This document shows, one piece after another, positions 30,808-40,467 of a stretch of DNA of 64,000 nucleotides. Every line of letters starts with the position of its first letter. Within the stretch, counting starts at the first letter, position 1. The notes under the pieces are model-generated. The model searched no databases. It saw nothing but the letters and a program-made list of their open reading frames with translations, and was not told the DNA's origin. This stretch comes from Myxococcota bacterium (GTDB lineage: Bacteria; Myxococcota_A; SURF-8), in assembly GCA_963674735.2 (NCBI GenBank), contig CAXXQS010000002.1:1120001-1184000 (forward strand). The letters run 5' to 3'. The position numbers and the translations under genes are program-made.

Positions 30808-31440
30808 ATGAAAATCGAGAAAGACCGATACATTCGTTTTACGTTCACTTTCACCAATGAAGACGGCGAAACGGTTTATCAAAGCGACCCGGAAGCCTCC
30901 CCCTGGTATATCCATGGTCACGGGCTGATCATGCCCGTTCTGGAGGAAAAGCTGGCCGGTCACGAAGAAGGGGATCGCTTTACCTTCGACCTGACACCCG
31001 AGCAATCCTTCGGGTCGCATTATGAAAACCTCCTTTTCGAGGCCGAGAAATCCCAGCTCCCCTCCGACCTCGACATGGAATTGGGTTGCGGTGTAGAGAT
31101 CGAAATGCAAAGCGGCGACCGTATGCTGGCTTATATCGTCGAAATTAAAGACGAAACCGTGATTCTGGACGGCAACCACCCTCTGGCGGGAATGGACTTG
31201 ACCTGCACCTTGAATGTAGAAGAGGTTCGCGAACCGAGCGAAGAGGAAAAACTCGAATTGAACCGCTATCAGTCCCAGCGTCAGCAGGAAGGGCTGTATA
31301 CCATGGAGTTCGGCCCAGAGGATCCCAATGAAGAAGCCTCATCCGAAGCTGGCTGCGGCTGTGGCTGCAGCTGTTCCTCCGCACCCGTCATTCCCCAAGC
31401 CATCCAAACACCGAAGGACGACAAGGGCGACACTAAATAA
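30808..31440 (+). CDS. slyD: FKBP-type peptidyl-prolyl isomerase (SlyD-like)
   Basis: YIHGHGLIMPVLEEKLAG, LDGNHPLAG; Cys-rich tail GCGCGCSC. Confidence 0.85.
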   Translation: MKIEKDRYIRFTFTFTNEDGETVYQSDPEASPWYIHGHGLIMPVLEEKLAGHEEGDRFTFDLTPEQSFGSHYENLLFEAEKSQLPSDLDMELGCGVEIEMQSGDRMLAYIVEIKDETVILDGNHPLAGMDLTCTLNVEEVREPSEEEKLELNRYQSQRQQEGLYTMEFGPEDPNEEASSEAGCGCGCSCSSAPVIPQAIQTPKDDKGDTK

Positions 31441-31580
31441 CTGAATTCACTAATCGATTTAGTGTTTTGTTGCGGGTCTTGTACGTGGATGGGTACGTTC
31501 GCGGCGAATCCTGAACGAGGTGTTTATTTTCAATTCATCCAAACGACCGAATGCACCGTGATCTGGAAGGAATTGAAATC

Positions 31581-31973
31581 ATGATTTCATACAAAATCAT
31601 TGCCGAACACCAGTTGCTTATCACCACCAATGAAGGTGAAACGCCGATCGACGAACTCCTTGAGTTTATCAGCCGCCTCCGGCAGAATCCGGCTTTCTCG
31701 ATGATTACCAAAATCATCTCCGATTCGCGTCGCTTGAAAACGGAATACAATCGTGGTGATATCGAACGGATAATCGCGGTTCAATCCCAAGCCTCTGCGA
31801 AACACGAGCTAAAACGAGTCATCTTAACCGCTCCCGGACTGAATTACGGCCTGGGGCGTATGTATGAAATGATGAGCGAAAACAAGTTACCCATTGATAC
31901 GCTGGCAACCGATGATCCGAATGAAGCCCTTGAATTTCTTGGCGTATCTGGGATTGACCTCGACAACCTGTAA
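31581..31973 (+). CDS. Hypothetical protein (STAS/SpoIIAA-like fold possible)
   Basis: 130 aa; ISDSR, YGLGRMYE, EALEFLG pattern. Confidence 0.6.
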   Translation: MISYKIIAEHQLLITTNEGETPIDELLEFISRLRQNPAFSMITKIISDSRRLKTEYNRGDIERIIAVQSQASAKHELKRVILTAPGLNYGLGRMYEMMSENKLPIDTLATDDPNEALEFLGVSGIDLDNL

Positions 31974-31990
31974 TCCAACGGTTCCCCCAC

Positions 31991-33079
31991 TCACTCGCCT
32001 CGGGGACGCCGGTTTGCGAAACAATTCATCTTTTCACACCGACGCAGAATGGCTCGGGCGGCCAGGTCTGTTCCGGCTTCGTTCCAGTGAGGATCATTGA
32101 TGAAACAGGTCGGGAAGACCTCTGATTTTTCGAAATCCGGCAACAAAGAAAAAACGGGATAGGATCGCTCCGGGGCTGGCGCTTCGAAGTAGTGGAAGGG
32201 TTCACGCACGAAGGGACCCAAAGGCGTATACTCGTCGGACTCCCAACTATACGGCGATTCGTCGGCGCTGTATTGAAAACCGCGCGGTAAAAGCACCAGC
32301 GCGAAACGCGCCCCAAGGGTCTCCTCACTATAACGCCGAATCGCATCGATCAGATCCCGGGTGGTGTTCAACCAACCTTTGGAACGCTCAAGCGGTTGAT
32401 TCACGGCGAAAAAACGGTCGATCGGCAACCTGAAAATGCGTTCATACAACGGAATCAAGGACGGAACCCGCTGCGCCAGCGTCTTCAGGGCTCGATGAAC
32501 CACGACGAACGTCGCCGGAAAAAGGGTCGTCAGTTTGTAGATATCGGGGCGTTCGATCAGGGCGCGGTATTTGTGATCATCGTGAAAATCACTGACATCG
32601 AGACAGAGAAGCACCGTATCGGGTTTGTATCTCGCTCCGATATCGCGTAACTGGCGCAATTGCAGATACGGTGAGGCGGAAATCCAACCGAAATTGACGA
32701 CCCGGATCGACCGATTCGGATAAGTCGCGCGCGCCATATCTTCGAGCCGTTGCGGCAAAGCCTGCTGTTGTTTGAGCAGATAACCGTAAACAAACGAATC
32801 CCCCAAGACAACCACGTTCACATCTTCGGCCTTGAATGTCTCGGGGTCGTAATCCGTTCGGAGACCATCGGAATTCTTGCCGTTTTCGTTCGGGACGGGA
32901 CGATGGTCGGGATCCTCCAGGATCTTGATTTCCTCGCTCAAGAGCCCTTTCTGCATGATGATCTCAAATACGACGACAGGCGCCAGGCAGGTCAACAAGA
33001 CCAGGAACACGGCCAGAACGGGATGAAGTTTTTTGTTCAAAACAGCGGTTGATTTCATGCTGCGCCCGGATGAACTCAC
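31991..33079 (-). CDS. SGNH/GDSL hydrolase-family membrane-anchored protein
   Basis: VVVLGDSFVYG, NFG, DPHWNEAG; GTGA overlap with rsmA stop. Confidence 0.8.
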   Translation of the reverse strand: MSSSGRSMKSTAVLNKKLHPVLAVFLVLLTCLAPVVVFEIIMQKGLLSEEIKILEDPDHRPVPNENGKNSDGLRTDYDPETFKAEDVNVVVLGDSFVYGYLLKQQQALPQRLEDMARATYPNRSIRVVNFGWISASPYLQLRQLRDIGARYKPDTVLLCLDVSDFHDDHKYRALIERPDIYKLTTLFPATFVVVHRALKTLAQRVPSLIPLYERIFRLPIDRFFAVNQPLERSKGWLNTTRDLIDAIRRYSEETLGARFALVLLPRGFQYSADESPYSWESDEYTPLGPFVREPFHYFEAPAPERSYPVFSLLPDFEKSEVFPTCFINDPHWNEAGTDLAARAILRRCEKMNCFANRRPRGE

Positions 33080-33939
33080 GGTCCGACCTCCACCTCGCTC
33101 TTCTGTTCCTCCACCTTATGGGCCAGCTCGACGAAAAACTCAACCGGATGTTCCTCGGCCCGCTGGGTGAGTTGCTTGGGATAAACGTCTTTCAGCGCGG
33201 CCAGCACATCGGCGGATAGATCCAGAAACGGCTGGCGAGACAGGGAGTTGGCCAGGGTTTTGCGCCGTTGGTGAAACGCGGCTTTGACCAGCGCGCGAAA
33301 CAGGGTATCGAAGGAAGAGGGCGCGACCTCCGGTTTGAAGCGGATCGTGACGAACCGGCTATCCACTCGCGGCGGCGGGTAGAAACAGCTGCGCGGCACA
33401 TCCACCGCTTTTTCGACCTCGGCCAGACGACCCAGAAGCACGGTCAACAGGGAATAGTCCTTGCTGCCCGGCTTGGCCACCAAACGCTCGCCCACTTCTT
33501 TCTGCACCAGCAGATGCGCGCTTGTGATGTGGGTGCGTTCGTCCATGAATTTGAACAAAAGCGGCGCGGTGATTTGATAGGGTAAATTGCCCACCACTTT
33601 CACCGCCCGACCGGCCTCGCGGGCGGCCGTTTCGATCGGCCAGTCCACCGCATTGGCTTCGATCACCCGCACGCCGCTGCCTTCACCGAAGCGTTCGTTC
33701 AGCAGCGGAACCAGCTCCCGGTCGCGCTCGATGGCAAAGACGATCCGCTCGGGGGCGATTAACTGCTCGGTCAACGCGCCGGTGCCCGCACCGATTTCAA
33801 CCACCACGCGGTCGGAGGCGGTGAGTTCGCAGGCGCGTCCGATGCGCGCCCGCATGTTGGCATCGGATAAAAAATTCTGGCCCCAGGATTTCTTGGGACG
33901 CAAGCTATAGCGATCGAGCCATTCGCGCGGTGACGACAT
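33076..33939 (-). CDS. rsmA: 16S rRNA m6,2A dimethyltransferase
   Basis: KKSWGQNFL, EIGAGTGALT, VGNLPYQIT, FYPPPRVDS. Confidence 0.96.
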   Translation of the reverse strand: MSSPREWLDRYSLRPKKSWGQNFLSDANMRARIGRACELTASDRVVVEIGAGTGALTEQLIAPERIVFAIERDRELVPLLNERFGEGSGVRVIEANAVDWPIETAAREAGRAVKVVGNLPYQITAPLLFKFMDERTHITSAHLLVQKEVGERLVAKPGSKDYSLLTVLLGRLAEVEKAVDVPRSCFYPPPRVDSRFVTIRFKPEVAPSSFDTLFRALVKAAFHQRRKTLANSLSRQPFLDLSADVLAALKDVYPKQLTQRAEEHPVEFFVELAHKVEEQKSEVEVGP

Positions 33940-34955
33940 TAGAAGCGGTGCTCCGATGCGGCGGCATTAAGAGTGGCATCCGCGCGCTCGCCGCGTTTGA
34001 GGCGCTCGAAACCGGCCAGGGCCACCATGGCCGCGTTATCGGTACAATGCCAACGTTCCGGCAGATAGCATTCGACCCCGATGCGCCGCGCCGCTTTCGA
34101 GGCGTGCTCGCGCAAACGCGTATTGGCCGCGACGCCGCCCGCCAGCACCAGACGCTGCAGCCGGTGTTGTTTCAGCGCCTGAACGCTTTTACGCACCAGG
34201 GCGTCCACCGCCGCTTCCTGGAAGCTGGCACAGATATCGGGCAGACTCTCCGGGGTGGCCGGATGGGTTTGCAGATAGCTGCGCACGGCGGTTTTTAGGC
34301 CGGAGAAACTGAAATCGAGGGTGGTTTTCGCTTTCAGCGCACGCGGAAAAGCGATGGCGTCGGGGTCGCCGCTCTGGGCCATGCGTTCGATGGCGATCCC
34401 ACCGGGATAGCCCAGTCCCAAAAGCTTGGCGACTTTGTCGAAAGCCTCGCCCGCCGCGTCGTCGCGCGTATTGCCCAGCAAGGTGAAACGCCCGCCGTCC
34501 TCAACGACGTACAGGGCCGTATGGCCCCCCGAAACGATCAGGCCCAAATAGGGAAACGCGGGAGGCGATGCGAGAAGCCGAGCCGCTAAAAGGTGCGCTT
34601 CGAGGTGGTTGACGCCTACCAGGGGCTTGTCGAGAGCGAAGGCCAGCGCTTTGGCGGCCGACACGCCCACTAAAAGAGCGCCGATCAATCCGGGCGCGCG
34701 TGTTACGGCGAAAGCGTCGATATCGGCCAGCGTGAGCTGCGCATCGGCCAGCGTGCGTTCCACCAGGGGAAACAGGGCGGCCAAATGCTGACGGCTGGCC
34801 ACCTCGGGCACCACGCCGCCGAAACGGGCATGTTCGTCCACCTGGCTGGCAATCTGCGACGCCAGCAGGCGGTGGCCGTCTTGCAAAATGGCGCAGGCGG
34901 TTTCGTCGCAGGACGACTCGAAGCCCATAACCAAGGCGGGGGCATTTTCGGACAT
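33939..34955 (-). CDS. tsaD: tRNA t6A threonylcarbamoyltransferase
   Basis: ESSCDET, GGVVPEVASRQH, HLEAH, SGGHT, DDAAGEAFDK, CTDNAAM. Confidence 0.97.
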   Translation of the reverse strand: MSENAPALVMGFESSCDETACAILQDGHRLLASQIASQVDEHARFGGVVPEVASRQHLAALFPLVERTLADAQLTLADIDAFAVTRAPGLIGALLVGVSAAKALAFALDKPLVGVNHLEAHLLAARLLASPPAFPYLGLIVSGGHTALYVVEDGGRFTLLGNTRDDAAGEAFDKVAKLLGLGYPGGIAIERMAQSGDPDAIAFPRALKAKTTLDFSFSGLKTAVRSYLQTHPATPESLPDICASFQEAAVDALVRKSVQALKQHRLQRLVLAGGVAANTRLREHASKAARRIGVECYLPERWHCTDNAAMVALAGFERLKRGERADATLNAAASEHRF

Positions 34956-35079
34956 ATCGGCGGCACTCCTTGAAATTCCGGGATGGCAACACGCACGCGG
35001 AAATCAGCCAAGCTTCCGCTATCACATCCGCGAATCGCTGTCAAGGGACACGACGATGGCGTGGAGGCGGGTGAGGAGA

Positions 35080-37617
35080 CTACAAGCTATCCATGACGGC
35101 CCGAATTTCATCGGCGGTTTTTCCGCGCGGCTTGAGCTTCAGATACTCCTGGTAGGCCTTTTTCGCCCCGGCGTTGTCGCCGAGGTACTGCTTCACGGTA
35201 CCCAGTTGCAGCCAGGCAACCGCATCGCGACGGTTGGCGCGGGTGGCCTTGGTAAACTGGGTTTGAGCCTCGTTCAAACGACCGCGCTCCATAAATACGC
35301 GCCCCAAGCCCACGTAGGCGGCGGATTTTCCGGGGGCGGCAATGATGGCATCGCGAAAGGCGCGTTCGGCTACGCTGAACTCTCGGCGCTTAAGCGCTCC
35401 CCGACCCTTCTTAATCAGCCCGGCGGCATCCGTTCCTCCTGCATCCGCCGTATCGGCGGGTGGAGTGGGCTCCGTTCGAGGCCTTTCGGCTTTGGGCGCA
35501 GGCTTCGATTTGGGCTTGGGTGTTTCCTTCGGTTTGGGTGTCTCACGCACGACGGGCGGCACCGGTTCCGGAATGGAGGGCGCTTCTTCCATTTCGGCCG
35601 GGGGTTCGGGCTCGACCGGTTCCGGAATCGCAACGGGAACGGGATCGGCGGGAGGCGGCGGATTATCGGCAACAACCGCTTCGTCGACCGGTTGCACCTT
35701 TGTGTCGGGTGGATCGTTTGAAACGGGCTCGGATCCGGACCACAGCCAAAGCCCCACTCCCGCCACCACAAGCGCCGCCGCAATCAAACCGATGATAAGC
35801 GGTTTGCGGTTCGGTTCCTCCTCGTCTTCGCCCCAATCTCCTTCCCACGGATCCTCCGGCTGAATACGCGCCGATAGAACTTCCTGTTTTTTCTTCGGTT
35901 TATCGACCGCTGTCGCCGCAGGGAGAGGACGCGGCTCAGGTTGCGGCATCGGCTCAGGTTCCGATTTTTTCTCGCTTTTCGGGGGTCTCTCGACAGGCGT
36001 TTCCCCGACCGGCTTGCGCGGCGCGGGCTCACGCGGTGCAGGCTCACGCGGTGCGGGCTCACGTGGCGCGGTTTCGGGTGGAACGGGGCTCGCCTGCAAC
36101 ACATCACCTTCAGGTTCATCGGCGACCTGGTGGGGTGTTACCGGCTGCGGTTCACGTTCCGGCGGAGTCTCCAGTTTGGAGCTTTCGTCCGATGGGCGTT
36201 GCGGGACCGGTTCGAGGTTTTCCACCTGTGCAGGCTCGATCAATTCTGCCGATACCATGGACTCGTCTTCAACCAGCGTTCCCAATTCGCTGATATCGAT
36301 CGCCGCTTCGCGCACCTCGCCGGAGGCGGTGGTCTCGGCCTCGGGCTCTTCCTCGACCGGCAAGGCCGATGGATCGAGGGAACGTTCAAGACGCGGATCC
36401 GGTTCGAGGGGTTTTTCGTCTTTAACGGCTATCGCCAACGCGTCACCGAGGAATTCTTCCGGTTCGCCCTTTACAGATTCGTGGGCAGCTACGGACCGCT
36501 CATCCGTTTCTTCCCGCCCATCGATTTCGCGCTCCCAAAAAAGCCGTTCCTCCTCCTCGCTGCGTTCCGGGGGAAGATGGGTTTCCGCCTCAGCCGCGAC
36601 CGGCTTGAGATTGTCGTAGGTAACGGATCCGGTATGGTGCAGGCCATCATCCGGCACAACCGTTTCGGGCAGATCGGTGTGGGCGGGGGGAAGATCGGGT
36701 TCATCGCCGAGAGAAGCCAATAACTGCGCCACGGCTTCCAATAAAGCGTCATCCAATTCCGGCGGATCGGTGGAAGAAAGAGCCGGCACCGATAGGCAGG
36801 CTTTTATCGGGGCATAGGCGGGATCGCTGTCCGACGCATTGATACGCGCCAAGACTTCGGCCAGTTCCACCGCGCGCAGATCGGGCACGGTCCGACTCAG
36901 CCGCTCGTAGCGACGTTCGAGCTTGAGCGCTTGAACGAACACCTCTTCCTGGCGATCGCCCAAACGGTTTTCCGCCTGTACGCCGTCGAAATGAATGGTG
37001 AAGGAGCCGCTGGCCCAGGTCAGCAACTCGACCGCCGCCTCGAAGCCGTCGGCATGCCCGAGTTCGGCATCCAGCAGCAGTCCGTCGCTGAAGTGGACCG
37101 CGCCTAAGCGACCCCCACGGTCGAAGATCAGCCTGCCCGAACGACGCGCCTCCAAGGCGCTCTGCAAGATGTCGTGTCCGAGACCTTTGGATAAGAACCC
37201 CGAATAACGGGATCGCAAATGGCCGTGCTGCATACCGGCCAGTTCTTGTTTTTTCAGATATCCATGAACCCGCGCGACGAATTCACGCAGATAGATCGGT
37301 TTGGTGAGGTAGTCTTCTCCCCCGATTTCCAACCCGTGTATTTTATCTTCGATGGCGCGGCGGCGCGTGATGAACACCACCGGAACATCGGCGGTCAGGC
37401 GGTCTGCTTTTATGGCGCGAGCCAAGGCAAAGGGAGGTTCGTCGGGCAGGTCGACTTCCGTCAGGATCAAGTCGAAGGTAGCCTGTTCCAGGATTTCCCG
37501 CGCGGCCTGACCGCAATCGGCCGTGGTGGTTTCCACCCGATCGCTACCGAGCCCGACCTCCATGATCAAGCGACTGTGTTCATCGCCATCGACGATCAGG
37601 ATCCGTTGCACGTTCAT
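35080..37617 (-). CDS. Receiver domain + DUF4388-like + acidic/Pro-rich linker + TM + periplasmic TPR protein
   Basis: RILIVD...DYLTKP REC; RRSGRL..G.VHFSDGLLLDAE..WASGSF DUF4388-like; TM LIIGLIAAALVVAGVGLWLW; TPRs. Confidence 0.8.
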   Translation of the reverse strand: MNVQRILIVDGDEHSRLIMEVGLGSDRVETTTADCGQAAREILEQATFDLILTEVDLPDEPPFALARAIKADRLTADVPVVFITRRRAIEDKIHGLEIGGEDYLTKPIYLREFVARVHGYLKKQELAGMQHGHLRSRYSGFLSKGLGHDILQSALEARRSGRLIFDRGGRLGAVHFSDGLLLDAELGHADGFEAAVELLTWASGSFTIHFDGVQAENRLGDRQEEVFVQALKLERRYERLSRTVPDLRAVELAEVLARINASDSDPAYAPIKACLSVPALSSTDPPELDDALLEAVAQLLASLGDEPDLPPAHTDLPETVVPDDGLHHTGSVTYDNLKPVAAEAETHLPPERSEEEERLFWEREIDGREETDERSVAAHESVKGEPEEFLGDALAIAVKDEKPLEPDPRLERSLDPSALPVEEEPEAETTASGEVREAAIDISELGTLVEDESMVSAELIEPAQVENLEPVPQRPSDESSKLETPPEREPQPVTPHQVADEPEGDVLQASPVPPETAPREPAPREPAPREPAPRKPVGETPVERPPKSEKKSEPEPMPQPEPRPLPAATAVDKPKKKQEVLSARIQPEDPWEGDWGEDEEEPNRKPLIIGLIAAALVVAGVGLWLWSGSEPVSNDPPDTKVQPVDEAVVADNPPPPADPVPVAIPEPVEPEPPAEMEEAPSIPEPVPPVVRETPKPKETPKPKSKPAPKAERPRTEPTPPADTADAGGTDAAGLIKKGRGALKRREFSVAERAFRDAIIAAPGKSAAYVGLGRVFMERGRLNEAQTQFTKATRANRRDAVAWLQLGTVKQYLGDNAGAKKAYQEYLKLKPRGKTADEIRAVMDSL
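36016..36075 (-). repeat. 4 x 15-bp coding repeat (ETAPR-EPAPR-EPAPR-EPAPR)
   Basis: Units such as ACGCGGTGCAGGCTC, ACGCGGTGCGGGCTC. Confidence 0.8.
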
Positions 37618-37784
37618 CCCTCCAGATCTACTGAAAAAGTCACATTAGGATACCTGCAAGTGGTGGATATGTCCACCCTTTGTTCCGGATACCGTAAAAA
37701 ATACGACGCTTCAGCGGGTTTCCGTGAGCGGCGAGTCGCTGGATTCATCAAAGAAGAAGCAAGATGAAATAATTTGGAAATATC

Positions 37785-39626
37785 TTACCGCTTTTCACCT
37801 TTTCGTCGTCCCTGTGAGGCTAAAACGCCCATGTCCAGCCGTTCCCAGCCGTTTTGCCGCCAGATGAAAAAGGCGGCGTTCGGATCGGTGAGCGTATGGG
37901 GAATTTCGTATGTGATCCCGCGCGTTTCACTATTAATCGGGAGATCGACGCGCACGGCGACACCCGGGGCATCGAGTCGCCGACCGGCGGGAATGGCGGC
38001 AAACCAGCCCGAAGGCGTAAAGTCGGCCAGACTGACCAGCAGGCTCCCGTAAGGGATTTCCAGGCGCAGGCGGTTGCCTCCGGGAGCGCTCAACAGATGC
38101 GGAACTTCATCCCGATATGGGGCCAGCCACTCCGTCAAGGCCGCGGTCAACCGATCCTCGGGCAGCGGCAAACCCAGCGGAACATGGGAGGGATTGAAGC
38201 TCAACAGACGAACCTGAAGATCGGGGCGTCCGGCGGCCAGCCGCAGGCGTTTGTCGAGCAAGGAGGAAGCTCCCCATACACCGAACAAGTAAACCCGCGC
38301 TTGCGGCGGCAGACTTTTCACCTGCGGGGCCAAGAGCTCGGCCAGGTTGTCGCCGGTACGGGTGACGGAACCCAGAATCGTTCGGTTGGTGGCATGCAGA
38401 TAGGTTCCGGCGGGTAGCAGATAGAGCACCAACACCATCAGGCCCAGAAATCGCAGGACGCGAGCCCGGCCCGGTTGAATCAGGACTTCGAGTAAATCCG
38501 CGCTGATTAAAACCAAACCGATCAGCGGTACCCAGGCGGCCTCCGGTTGTATGGGACTTCCCTGCGCCACCAGCGCCGCCATTGCATAGGCCGACAAACC
38601 GGCGGCGGCCAGACGGCTCTTCGCTTTGAAGGTCCGCCAAAAAGCCATCGCAAAAAACGCCGGAACGATGATCCCGGCAAAAAACCCGCTGAAAGGCAAC
38701 GGCAGCGGAGCGTTGGGCGGCGTCAAGGCCAGCCAATAAAACAAGGTATGCACCAACGGCATGGCGAATAGGGCCGTCAAGCCCTTCGTGTACTCCAGCG
38801 CATACCAGCCTTCCAAACCATGCGGACCGCTCACGAGCGGAAGAAACGCTCGCAGAAACAAAAAAACGCCCGACACCCAAAGCAGGTCGATCAATGTCCG
38901 GCGGCCGTGTTCGGGAACGGCTTCGGAGTCGTCGTCCTCCGAAGGTTTACCGGCCCACAATCCATAACCGGCCAGCAGCGCCGGAACAGCTAAAGCGGTG
39001 GCGTCGGACAAAAGCGCCAGTGCCAGCCAGACCGGCGGCATGAAGCGTGGTGCACGACCTTCCGCAGCGGATAAGGCGCACAGGGCCGCCATCAATCCGA
39101 AAACGCCCGCCAGAAGAAAAGGCAGGCCGCTGAGCATCGTCACGCCATGGGACAAAACCGGATGCACCGCCGCCACCAAAACCAACCCTTTTGCAAGAAC
39201 CGGCTTTGCGTTCAGACGTCGCAACAGGCGCAGCAACAACAACAAAGCCAGAATATGCAACGCCAGTTCCACCAGCCGATAGCCGGGAATCCAACCGCCG
39301 AACAGCGTCGCCTCGACCACGCGCAGCAATTGGGGCAGGGGAGGGCGATAAATTCGCAGTTCGCCGCCCAGCTCGCGCAGGCGGCGGTCGATCTCGTGGT
39401 AGCGCGCCCAATAGGCCGGGGCATCGGCAGAGGCCGTCAAAGCGGCAGAGGGATTCAGCTGGTCCAGCGGATGGCTCCATGAAGCCTCGACCCAGTCGAG
39501 CCCGTCGCCGATGGCTCCGTCGCCGAGCGTTCCGCTGTAAACGATCACGGTAAGCAGAACCAATACAAGCGGAAACCCGATTCGCCGGATCCAAGGCGTT
39601 TGGGCCGTTTGTTCAAGCGCCTTCAT
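37785..39626 (-). CDS. Polytopic membrane protein, GT-C/TMTC-like
   Basis: YRPP..LFGG..GYRLVELALH...AVHP pattern; about 10 or more hydrophobic segments. Confidence 0.6.
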   Translation of the reverse strand: MKALEQTAQTPWIRRIGFPLVLVLLTVIVYSGTLGDGAIGDGLDWVEASWSHPLDQLNPSAALTASADAPAYWARYHEIDRRLRELGGELRIYRPPLPQLLRVVEATLFGGWIPGYRLVELALHILALLLLLRLLRRLNAKPVLAKGLVLVAAVHPVLSHGVTMLSGLPFLLAGVFGLMAALCALSAAEGRAPRFMPPVWLALALLSDATALAVPALLAGYGLWAGKPSEDDDSEAVPEHGRRTLIDLLWVSGVFLFLRAFLPLVSGPHGLEGWYALEYTKGLTALFAMPLVHTLFYWLALTPPNAPLPLPFSGFFAGIIVPAFFAMAFWRTFKAKSRLAAAGLSAYAMAALVAQGSPIQPEAAWVPLIGLVLISADLLEVLIQPGRARVLRFLGLMVLVLYLLPAGTYLHATNRTILGSVTRTGDNLAELLAPQVKSLPPQARVYLFGVWGASSLLDKRLRLAAGRPDLQVRLLSFNPSHVPLGLPLPEDRLTAALTEWLAPYRDEVPHLLSAPGGNRLRLEIPYGSLLVSLADFTPSGWFAAIPAGRRLDAPGVAVRVDLPINSETRGITYEIPHTLTDPNAAFFIWRQNGWERLDMGVLASQGRRKGEKR

Positions 39627-39632
39627 GAAAAC

Positions 39633-40442
39633 TCATTCTCCTTCGCTTTTATTGCCGACGGCGGGCCGTGGACCTAAAAACGCCACATCCATCGGACGCC
39701 GGTTGCGGGTGGCCAACAGATAAACGCCGATCCCGAAAAGCACGATCACGCCGTATTGGGCGGCGGTTAAGCCGAACATGCGATTATCGGCATAGCGGCC
39801 CTCGGTCGCTCGCAGAAAATCGAGGAAAAACCGAATGGGCGAATAGAGAGTAAGCAAAACACCCATGTATACGCCATGGCGGCGCGGCTTTTTCGATAGC
39901 GAGAACAGAATGGCGGCCAACGCGATCGTCACACAGAGTTCGTAGAGACCCAGGTCGTGGCGCGCACCACCGGGAAAGGCCACCGCCAGCGGAAAATCCG
40001 TCAACAGGCCGGGATGATCGTGGGTGACGGCGCAGCCGGTGCGCCCGAAGATCCAACCGACCGTCAAGCCGAACAGGATGCGGTCGCCATAGGGCAAAAC
40101 AGCCAGTCGTTTCCATTTCAGGTAGCCGACTCCGGCCACCACGCCGCCGAAAAAACCGCCGATGGAGGAAATCCCGCCCCAGAATTTAAACAGCACCCAG
40201 GGATCTTCGGCCAGCAGTTCGGGATTGTAAAACAGCACATGCACGAGGTGCGCGCCGATAAATCCACCCAACACACACAACTCCGGCAAATGCAACGCCG
40301 CCCGCCGGTCGATCCCGCCCCGCAGGCAGATGCGGTCGTATACCACGATGCCGACCACGATACCGAGGGCGACCAACAGGAAAAAGGGCCGCAGTTCCAA
40401 GCCGAAGATATCCAATTTGGGAATCGTTACGTACGGAATCAC
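39633..40442 (-). CDS. lgt: Prolipoprotein diacylglyceryl transferase family (divergent)
   Basis: WGGISSIGG, FGRTGC..HDHPG, RHDLGLYE, RFFLDFLR. Confidence 0.8.
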   Translation of the reverse strand: MIPYVTIPKLDIFGLELRPFFLLVALGIVVGIVVYDRICLRGGIDRRAALHLPELCVLGGFIGAHLVHVLFYNPELLAEDPWVLFKFWGGISSIGGFFGGVVAGVGYLKWKRLAVLPYGDRILFGLTVGWIFGRTGCAVTHDHPGLLTDFPLAVAFPGGARHDLGLYELCVTIALAAILFSLSKKPRRHGVYMGVLLTLYSPIRFFLDFLRATEGRYADNRMFGLTAAQYGVIVLFGIGVYLLATRNRRPMDVAFLGPRPAVGNKSEGE

Positions 40443-40467
40443 ACCCCGCCTCCTGTCGGTTCGACGA

